A DNA stretch of 59,707 bases from positions 1,512,357 to 1,572,063 of the forward strand of contig NW_015161405.1 of assembly GCF_001447785.1 (NCBI RefSeq). The letters run 5' to 3'. This DNA comes from Gekko japonicus. Its lineage: Eukaryota. Each line of letters begins with the position of its first letter. Position 1 is the first letter of the stretch. The translations under genes were made by a program, and so were the position numbers. Under the pieces are notes generated by a model. That model was not told the DNA's origin and ran no database searches. It saw only the letters and a list, made by a program, of their open reading frames with translations. Shown piece by piece: positions 50,181 through 59,707 of the stretch.

Positions 50181-50929
50181 TCCTTACAGCAAGGCAGTGG
50201 GCTTTGGGACAAATGGTTATGTAAAAGGTTCTCATTGTCAAGATGTTTATTTTGTTCTGTTCTGAAGGAAAATGTTGCTGGATTGCTTGAACAAGCACCC
50301 ACAGTGGTCAAGAAGGTGTTGGAAACAAATGCAAATGAGTCCAAATGCCCAAGGTTAACCAGCATCTGTCTTTTCAGATGTTGGCTCTTCCAGAAGGATT
50401 ATTTTCTCCTGTATTCTTGAGCATGTCACACATTGAGGGCTTTTGCTGTGTGAAGACCATTCAGAAGAACATCAAGGTTTGAGGAGTTCTGGCTTAGGTG
50501 ATGAATGGCAAAGGAGAGAGTAGGAATCCTGACACAGCCAGAAGGGTAAGTGAACACTGACTATTTGTGCTGCTAATGGAAGGGCTGGATTGCAGTTGTG
50601 GGATAGGAATCATGCTAAGCCAAGCAAAACTCCCATGTGGTGGTGCAGGAACATGACTAAGTATCTTGTATGTTTGGATTCCTTATTAAGCTGCCCATTA
50701 ATGCTTTACTAGAATACAGACATATAGCTAGGCAGGAAGGTAACGTTTCTGGAAAGGGAGGCAGCCTAATAAGCTTGACATTTATGAGTGTTTTTTATCC
50801 TCTCTGCTTGGATTCTGATTACATAGGATCAGTCTATCTATCCCACATGACCAAATGGAATATTACTATGTCTTTAGTGGCTGCAGCTGTCCTTTGGGTG
50901 GGCTTTAATGGCTCCGTTCAAGAGCACCT

Positions 50930-51380
50930 GTGAGAAGCACCAGTCAAAAGAAGGGGGCAAATGGGAGTGAAAGGAAGGAAGTCCAGCACAGAGATGCTGG
51001 CAATAGTGAGAAAAGCAGACAGCCACTGCTGGACTGGGTTGAAGCCCCTTTGGCACAGCATCTCTCTCTCTCTCTCTCTGATGTGATCTGATGTGGAGGG
51101 GCCGATCGGCTTCCCTCTGGGAGTGCCACCTGTGCTCTACTGTTATATTTGTCAGTAAAACAAATACCCTAAAGGTGCAGGGACCGTAAGACTCCAGTGC
51201 TTTCCCCACCAAATACATCTAAACCTGATTAGCACTAAGAATGGTGAGAGCAGCTGAATGTCAGTTAAAAGAAAAGGGAGGAGCTTAGAGAGAGAGAGCT
51301 TAGAGAAACCTGGATGGGGAGATCTGGGGGAGCAGGATATCCCAATTGTTCCACCCTCCCATGATTCATCAGGGGCCACC
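50930..51380 (+). mobile_element. Possible LTR-derived insertion within the L fossil
   Basis: TG start, compositional shift and AGTAAA signal. L-like translation resumes on both sides. Confidence 0.35.
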
Positions 51381-52339
51381 GGCTTATATATTTAAAGACC
51401 ATCATCTGTTTACATTTGGAGGCATGGCAATATGCTATAGAATAATATAAATGGAAACAATCCTTAAAATCATATTGGCAAAATTCTGTACCGCTACATT
51501 GATTTTAACATTATTTCACGATTTCCACATCGGTGTCCACTGGCCCTGATATAACCAAAGGGTATCAAAATATCCAGATTGGAACATTTGAAGGAATGAA
51601 ACATGATTCATATGCCAGATTTGGAGAACTCTTCATTTGTTAGTATTTCCAGTTATGAGATCAGAGCATGCCAAAGGGATGGAAAATTAATGTAATGAGA
51701 TCTTGCACAATTGTATGAGATCCTCTGCAAACGGCTTAATGAGATATGGAATTTCCTTAGGACTGTAAAGTGTTGAGAGCTCAATGGAAACATCAATATC
51801 ACTCTAGTTCATGCAAGAACTGATGAAACATGAAACCTGTCTATAACAACCTGAACTAATGAGAATGCAGCAATTGTATAGAAATTAATTTAACAAGTCA
51901 AAATCAAAACCTCAATGGAAGGAAGCAAATATTCCCAAACTGATTTTCAAAGGGAACACTTGCTAATTGCTATGGAATTCTGCCAAATCAATGGCCCGTA
52001 TATTACCCTCCTCTGGTGATTGCCTGCTTTGCTCAACAAATACGTTGTGCAAACCAGAATAAACAGTGTTGTTCACCATACATTTGTCTTGTAAAACCTT
52101 CATGGAAATGATGGCTGTGTCAAATACTACTGTACTCATGATTGCCATTTGAGATTCTGGCATGTGGGAAGCCTTTACCCATACCCAGTTGAAAAGATGC
52201 AGCTATCAACATGCGTAGGGTCGAGTTTTGCACCTCAAAACTGCAAGAAGCTGAAATATGCAAGGATTTCAGGTGGCACTGGTTGCATGAGCCATTATAA
52301 ATTAGAGTCATCCAAGAGCTCAGTGAAAGAGAAGCTGAG

Positions 52340-54217
52340 AACTTAAACATGAACGTGACTTAAAAACTAATAAATCACCAGGCTGGGATGGCATACATCC
52401 GAGAGTTCTGAAAGAACTCAAATGTGAACTTGTGGACCTCCTGACAAAAATATGAAATCTTTCGTTAAAATCTGTCTCCATTCCTGAGGACTGGAAGGTA
52501 GCTAATGTCACTCCCATCTTTAAAAAGGGTTCCAGAGGAGATCCGGGAAATTACAGGCCAGTCAGTCTGACATCGATACCGGGTAAGTTGGTGGAAACTG
52601 TTATTAAGGAAAGAATTAGTAGGCACATTGGTGAACAAAAACTCAGCATGGGTTCTGTAAGGGAAGATCTTGTCTCACTAACCTGTTAGTGTTTTTTGAG
52701 GGAGTGAAAAAACATGTGGACAATCGATGTTGTTTACCTTGACTTCCAGAAAGCTTTTGATAAAGTTCCTCATCAAAGGCTCCTAAGTAAGCTCAATAGT
52801 CATGGGATAAAAAGACAAGTCCTCTTGTGGATCAAAAACTGGCTAATTAATAGGAAACAGAGAGTGAGTATAAATGGGCAATTTTCTCAGTAGCCCCACT
52901 GTCAGGGAGCTGCCAATATGTTCTTTATGTCTTTCCCTCCCCCCCATGTGCAGGTTATGGCCAGATCCTCATGCACATGTCTGTATGTCCTCTGAAGCGC
53001 TCACTTCTATGTCTCATGCATTCCTTTCGATATACGCTAGTGTTGCTTTGTACTATCGTAATCAGCAAGGTCACAGGTGGGGAAAGTCGGCTTCGCTTAG
53101 TCTATAATGAACTAGAGTGTGAGAAGAGTCTAATTGTTTATCTTTTAGGAGACGTTTGTTATCAGGCTTTGGGCGCGAGTTTGACAGCCCAACCGCGCGA
53201 GCGGGAACCAAGCCTATTGGTTATTGCTATTTTGAAATTGCTTTATTATTCTGTGCCCGACCATTCTGGTTATTCCAAACAGTGAACTTGCTCCAGTTTC
53301 TTCATGGCTTCAATAAATATTACTTTGCTACAAATGTGTATTTGATAGACAGCTGTGGATTCGGACACCCACTGACCCACATGTGCCCCTCCATTTGGCC
53401 CTCTGAGGCACCTAGGTGCCCACCCACCATTCTGACTCTCCCTCAGTGACGCTTCACTCTCCCGGCCCCACCTGTCTCTGTCTCACTTCTCCTTCTCCTC
53501 CAGCACGCAGCCACCAGTGATTTGTTTTAGGAATTCCCCGCTAGGAGAGCCAGTGCTTCCAGTTTCCCTTCTTGCATTGTCATTTTAAGGCTCTGCATAG
53601 TACTCGCGTGTGTCTCTCACTACCCAGCAACTGGCTACGACCTTTGCAGGCTGCCAGGGGAAAAGGGATTTAGCAACTGACTACCTCTGTGTTAGATCCC
53701 CAAGCATTCAAAATAAATCCACGTTTAAAAGTAAAGCAAAATTTATTTCAAAGCGATGGTTAGATCAGGAACAAGGACATTGTTAGGAATAACTGCAATC
53801 ACACTGGGACTACATAATAAAGGAACTTGAACCAGGTAAGGGCCAATTAGCCCCTTTCCCTCTGGTGGGAATAGAACAGCGAACGCGCACCCAATTCCTT
53901 GGGAACATAACGGTCCTACATTATACACAAGTTCAGTTCTCAGGCAAGCTAACCATAACAGCAAAACAATACCACGACTCCCACCTCCAGCTGCTCGACC
54001 TTGGCCAGTTTCTGCAAAGCTACACATGCAATACAATGAAGCAAGAGGACACACGGGGGGGGGGGATGGGTGTTACAGCTTGCACAGGGAATACCATGTA
54101 CACCAGACATAATGGCAGCTAGCTGACAACCTGGTATTTTTGGCCACTGTGTGACAGAGTGTTAGACTAGATGGGTCATTGGCCTGATCCAACATTGTCT
54201 TCTCTTATGTTCTTATG
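52340..54217 (+). mobile_element. CR1 LINE (RT fragment and 3' tail) with an unrelated, probably LTR-derived, insert at ~52895-54060
   Basis: NKSPGWDGIHPRVLKEL, EDWKVANVTPIFKKG, NYRPVSLTS and DVVYLDFQKAFDKVPH at 52368-52775. Tail TCTTATGTTCTTATG ends at 54217. Confidence 0.9.
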
Positions 54218-55639
54218 ATTAGCCTTTGAACTTGCCATGATCAAACTGTTTATTTATAGTCAAGTTGAACCTCCAGCATCAATTGCTGTGATGTTTTTGT
54301 TCAAAGTTCAGCTGGCATCACTGCAATTGCTATTTCTACATGTTTTCCCATACAGATAATTTTGTATGCTATAGAATCAGAAAGCCCCCCAGAAATACAG
54401 AAAAATAACTGCAGCTTCCATGAGGCAGTGTGAGCATGTGCTTGCATGAATTATTCCCAATATGAACATTTCACCTGCCTTTCCTATTAACAAACATCAG
54501 TTAGTGTAGTGGAAAAACAAGTCATGCAGCTCTGAGCAAGTTCTTTTCTAAGCCAAACAAGTTTTAAGAAGAAAAATGTCATGGGTATGGAGGAAGGTTT
54601 TGGGAAAAATACTACAGTTCCAATGAGGCACTGTGAGAGCATGTGTGTGTATGAATTGATCTAGATCTGGACAGCTCATCTGCCATTGCCATTATAGCTT
54701 TGCTTTCAGGGCTTGTTTTATTAAAAATAATCCTTATGTTGTTATTTTTTATGATTTATTTGTACTTTTTAACTTTATGAACCATCTTGAGCTGGTCTCT
54801 GGAGAGGCAGCAAATAAATAAATAAATAAATATCAGAGCCGTGTAGCAATAAGAGACACAGGGAAATATGCCTCAGCTGTAAGTCTGGATCTGTGAAATG
54901 CTAATGTTCTGTGCACTTAAGAGATATAGCAAACAGCAGATGAGGAGTCAGTGGTGGTGAGAGATGGTGGCCGAATGAGGTTGGACAAGGAAAGCTGTGG
55001 GAAAGCAGTATGTGACTGCACATGCACAGTCATCTTTTTTCCTAATGACCAAACATATGCAAACTGTTTACACACAGCTGGAGAATTTGTTGAACATTCA
55101 GCTGTGGTGACTGCACCTGACCAATGGACAGTGAGCCAAACCAGTTGTTTATCAAGCCTCCTTGTTCAGCACTGGAAAAGATTCAGTAGAGTATGCCTAA
55201 TGGTTCTCTCTCTCTCTCTCTCTCTCTCTCCCCACTCACAAACTCATGATGGGACATTATCAACTTGAGGATTTTATTTTCTCACATGTAACATAAAGTT
55301 TTAGACTGTATGTAGTTCAAGGATATGTAATCATAGGATGAAGTTCACAAGCCTTACATTTACTAAGCATCTAGCAGGCTTCCTTTTTACAATTCATAAA
55401 CCTGCAGTGCACAGCATCACTTCAAAGTGCACTTGGAGTATCATGTGATTGGATGCTATATACCAAAAGAATTCCTAGCAGGCAGAAAACTAATATCAGG
55501 CGGGGCAAAATTTGTGCTGGGAATTTGGTTTTTACTTTGTTTTGTTTTTCTCATCAAGTCGCAGCTGGCTTATGGAAACCTGAAAAGGTTTTCAAGGCAA
55601 GAGACAGATTGTTTGCCATTGCCTGCCTCTTGACCCTGG

Positions 55640-55725
55640 ACTTCCATGGTGATCTCCCATTCAAGCACTAACTAGGGCCAACCCTGCTTAGCTTCTGAGA
55701 TCTGACGAGATTGGGCTAGCTGGGA
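55640..55725 (-). mobile_element. 5S rRNA-related repeat fragment (SINE-like; not an intact 5S gene)
   Basis: Reverse complement contains TCTCGTCAGATCTCAGAAGCTAAGCAGGGTTGGCCCTAGTTAGTGCTTGAATGGGAGATC, similar to 5S rRNA. A related piece lies at ~45890-45940(+). Confidence 0.7.
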
Positions 55726-57293
55726 CTATCCAGATCACAGCATTTGTTTAACATGTCAAGGATGCCTTACTAATTCATATCCAGAAGGAGTTAGGAAACA
55801 GACCTGCAACAAATGTCCAGCAATTTCACCCCTGTCCATAGCCAAAAAGTCCCATAACAGATTCATATCTTACATAGTGGGCTTTGTGGGTCATTTTAGG
55901 AGCCTACCTAAACAAGTCTGCTCATAAGTCTCATTTTATTCAGGGCCAGGAAAGTGTTCTTAGAATTGCAGCCTTTGTTGCCTAAAGGCTGAAACAGGCA
56001 AATATTCTTTTTTTGAGGGGGGGGGGATAAATATGGCCCTGGTTATAAACAGTCAAATGGCTTATACAATAGGCAACCATGCCAAAGGCAAACATTCCAA
56101 ACAGTCCTTAGTGTATTGATTACATGGCTATCGTTTATTGCACAGGGTGGTGAAACGCCCCCCCCCCTTCCCCAAGGCTCAGAGAGAAGGAAGGAGAGAC
56201 AAGAGACAGGAAGGAGGAAGGGAAGTTTAGGAGAGAAATGGTTCACATGTGTCAGGGAAGAGGAAAGACAAAAACAGACCTGGAGGATGAGAAGAAAAAG
56301 TGGAGTTCAGGTCAGAATTTGGGGGGATGACTAGAAGGGAGGGGGGAAAGACTCGGGATGGAAATTTATAACAAAGAACAAGGAAAAGATGGGCAACAAA
56401 GACAGTGTGGGAGGAGTACATTCGCTCATGGTCAGTTGTTTGAGAAGAATGACGTTGCATGTGTGTGTGTTTACCAGTCCAGAACTTGTCTTACACTCAT
56501 GAGATTAAAAGAAGTATCCAGGGCAAAGGCTTTGAAACTATACTGATTTCAATTTACAGTTTAATCTGAATTTATCCGCAAGTGGACTTTTAAATGTTTT
56601 TTTGAAATCTCACTCCTCCAGCTGACATTTCTCCCACCCACCACCAAAATCCCAATTGATACCACTGGTATATGTGATTAAAGACCTCTTCCCACCCAGC
56701 TAGTTTGAGATTATTTTCCTTTCGACGTGACTTTGACTTATCAAGTTCATTTATTGCTTAGGTTTCCAATATGGGTGGGGGAAGAATTGACGGCTATGAG
56801 ACTGCAAGTTATGGCCAAAAATAGCATAGCTTTGGCTTTACTTACAAAGAAAAACTTATTTTAAACCACATTAAAATGCTCCAAGAAAAAAAAATGCTGT
56901 GTACATACTTAGTGAAGTCAAGGAAAATAAAATACATCAAGACAGAGACGTTGGAGGACTAGTTGTGCCTGTATCTCCTAGCTTTGTGTTTATAATATAT
57001 AATGCTTTTATGAAATCACTATAGTTAGTTCTAAATTACATATTAAATGAATAATCACTGCCTAGAGAATACAACTAGTATATGCAAACACAAGCAAGCT
57101 GTATAATGCAGTGGAATATGAAACTTTAAAAAACAACCCCAGCCTTCACCATGCTCAGTATTTTTCAGGTCTGATTTGATTTTCTTTCCCCCTTCTTCAT
57201 TCCTTATGTCCAGTTGTAGTGTAGTGGTAGAACCTGGGAGACCTGAGTTCAAATCCTCACTCTTCCATAAAGCTCACTCAGTAACCTTGAAGT

Positions 57294-57343
<50 letters not shown>

Positions 57344-58469
57344 CCTAATCTACTTCACAGAGTTGCAGGCACAGTTCCCTCTAAGCTGTGCTAGGGACCA
57401 CTGGTACACAACATTTCAGAGGCCACCTCAGAGGATATCTGCTTCAGCTCACAACCAAGCTTCCATAGGAAACAATGGAGGATGGGGGCATCTCCTTCTG
57501 GGGCTCATAGAATTGGACTCACTAGTCCAATCTTTTTGAAACTGGGGGGGGGGTTGAGGAGAGGCACCAGCAACTATGCTATAAATTTGGTGCCTTTTCC
57601 TCAAAAAACAGCCCCCTCCAGAGCTGGATTGATTCTCCATTACAGCCTATGGGGCCTATTGACTATAATGGTCACCATAGACTATAATTGAGCCAGAAAA
57701 AAACTTATTTTTTTTGCACACCTCTGTTATGCTTTTCCGAATTATTCGTAAGCTGCCTTGAGTCACAGGGAAAAGTGGGATATAAATATCTGAATAAATA
57801 AGTAGTTTGGGCAGGTTGGTAACATTTAAGCAACTGTCTGTTTGTTAGGTCAGGCAGGGTTCTGACTGAGCCAGTGGCACCAACAATGGGCATTGGCTCA
57901 CCCATAGCCTTCTCCCACAGCTGGGCAGCAGTGAACTAGCAGACAATTGCTGAGCTAATACCAATTATTTTTGCCACTCAAGGGGCTTGATGCCAGTGGT
58001 CTCTGAGACACTGGCAGTTGCAGAGCTTGGCTCAGCTTGCTTCTGGCCACCGATGGCCCTCGAGGGCAAAAGCCCACCAATAAATATCCCTGTAAATTAA
58101 ATGGCCAGTCCACCACTCCGGCTGAGAACAGACCTCTTTATCCTAAGTTGATTTCCTCAAAAGTGTGCCAGACTGAGTTCACTGGTAGTTCCAAGAAAAA
58201 TGTACATGGCACTGCAGCCTTAGGAAAGAAACTGGTGTCAATTCTAGTTAGGATCTTTGCCCAGTGGTGCTTTGACCTTCAACAGGGCAATGTCTTCATA
58301 TAGTCTGTCTTTGACAGACTAAGCACTTTCTATGCTGTACACAATCTTTTTTCAGGTCAAAGCAACCTTCTAATGATACCTGAATTTTAAAAGGATATAA
58401 AGTTCTGGGCTAATATCTCCAGTTTAGGAACGTTTAAAGCCATGAAGCTTGTAGGCTGAAGCTCTTGGG

Positions 58470-58700
58470 AATCTGCCAGGAAGGAATGAAAGGAGGGGAA
58501 AGAGAAGGGATAAAAAGGATTCTATGGGGATAGTGTTTTTCCTCTTCTGCTTCCTCATGTTTCTGGGATTCGGCCAGCTGTTCAGATCTTCTGAAATATG
58601 TTCCTTCTTATCCAAGAAAGAGATTTCATAACTTCCTTTACAAATACAGTGCTGCAGTCTTGCTTCCATCTGCTGAAGCCTCAGGGCCTCTGAAGCTATA
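58470..58700 (-). pseudogene. Endogenous arenavirus-like nucleoprotein N-terminal fragment
   Basis: ORF 58424-58741(-): EALR...RNMRKQKRKN (58541-58558)...FLSL (cf. QALRREL...RLMRKQKRDD..LRSL). Confidence 0.6.
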
Positions 58701-59034
58701 TACAAGACTAGGAATAAGGCCCGTTGTGGAAATAAATACAACGAGATCTAGAAAGAGGCTTGGGGAGAATGATCCGGCTTTGGGCAAAGAGTGTCAATTT
58801 GTTGTGGTTACCTCAGCAGGGTATAATGACAGAGACCACTGTTTTCTCCTGAGGAACTGATCTCTGCTACTTGAAGAGCAGTTGTAATTTTGAGTGATCT
58901 ACAGCCCTCACCTGGAGACTGGCAACAATTGTTACCCAGGACGAAATGGCTGGTTTTGAGCGTGGAGTCTATGGCATTCTACCTGTCTGAGGTCCCACCT
59001 CTCGTCAAACCTCACCCTCTTCAGGTTCCATCCC

Positions 59035-59390
59035 TCAAATCTCCAGGAATTTCCCATCTGGAGTTGGCAACACTATCAGTACTGGCCCCAATGTGTTTTC
59101 TCCCAAAGGCCAAAATAGGTGACAGGACCAAGCTTAGTTGCCTACCAACAGGCACTGAGGGGAAAGTAGGGTTGCCAGCTCTAAGGAGAGAAATACCTGG
59201 AGATTTGGGGGGAAATCTCCAGGAATTTCCCATCTGGAGTTGGCAACACTATCAGTACTGGCCCCAATGTGTTTTCTCCCAAAGGCCAAAATAGGTGACA
59301 GGACCAAGCTTAGTTGCCTACCAACAGGCACTGAGGGGAAAGTAGGGTTGCCAGCTCTAAGGAGAGAAATACCTGGAGATTTGGGGGGGG
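59035..59390. repeat. Near-perfect tandem duplication, ~177 bp unit
   Basis: AAATCTCCAGGAATTTCCCATCTGG...ACCTGGAGATTTGGGGG occurs twice. Confidence 0.9.
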
Positions 59391-59707
59391 TGGATCCTGT
59401 GGAGGGCAGCATGGGGGGGGCGGAAGGACTTAGCAGGTATAATGTCATAGGGTCTACCCTCCAAAGCAGCCATTTTCTCCAGGGGAACTAATCTCTGTCA
59501 TCTGGAGATCAATTGTAACAGCGGGAGATCTCCAGGTCCCACCTGGAGATCGGCAACCCTAGGGGAATGTCAGCTGCACAGCAGGGGGTTGAAGAGAATG
59601 GTTTGATGGGTGCTGGGCCAAGATTGGCAACAATAGTTCCCCAAGAGCAAATGGCTGGTTTGGAGGGTGGAGTCTATGGCACTGTACCTGTCTGATGTCC
59701 ACATACC

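Larger units (their letters stand above)
50230..58410 (+). pseudogene. Near-full-length endogenous arenavirus-like L gene, heavily decayed and split by TEs
   Basis: In correct order: CPRL 50346 with SD/W..ILE (endonuclease), ANGR 50572, LLEY 50706, WNFLRTVK ~51747, IAM/NSAK 51976, GSLYPYP 52167, MNIS 54462, KFFSKP 54538, SLDL/SVVV 54880-54960, AGNLVFTL..QV 55516, GCLTN ~55760, VLITW..HRVV 56112, MG ~56389, FTS ~56470, LIKF 56738, LGSAC 58026, RPL ~58130, IKF ~58397. Confidence 0.85.

Noticed and set aside
51380-52340. Signal-peptide-like METILKIILAK and Cys-rich stretch suggesting a bornavirus or retroviral glycoprotein
   Set aside because: No bornavirus G or env motifs. NSAK and GSLYPYP and the flanking colinearity fit arenavirus L better.
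44960-52340. Circular permutation of a single L gene (core placed upstream of the N-terminus)
   Set aside because: The N-terminal copy has its own core downstream (54220-58410), so these are separate copies.
55640-55725. 5S rRNA gene
   Set aside because: Partial and diverged, embedded in a repeat.

Overview
Vertebrate genomic DNA, most likely a squamate reptile and probably a gecko, judging from Sauria SINE, Bov-B, tRNA-SINE, CR1, L2 and Penelope repeats. There are four assembly gaps and no recognisable intact host gene. Roughly half the window is ordinary TE debris: two Gypsy remnants, a decayed hAT transposon, L1, CR1, L2, Penelope, SINEs and MITEs. The main observation is that much of the remaining AT-rich 'unique' DNA between the TEs, translated by hand across stops and frameshifts, reads as degraded arenavirus genes. 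I count about 30 fragments covering L polymerase (endonuclease, RdRp motifs F/A/B/C/D/E, thumb), nucleoprotein (core and DEDDh exonuclease) and glycoprotein precursor (stable signal peptide plus mammarenavirus/hartmanivirus-type GP2). One L copy (about 50.2-58.4 kb) is colinear over most of the protein. Fragments from the S and L segments are chained in same-sense runs rather than the ambisense layout of the viral genome. The locus looks like a dense multi-copy archive of endogenous arenavirus-like elements, possibly a piRNA-cluster-like viral graveyard. The viral calls come from my recall of LCMV/Lassa/Junin sequences, not from a search. Each is individually weak; the strength lies in the number of motifs and their correct order. 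Boundaries are approximate.
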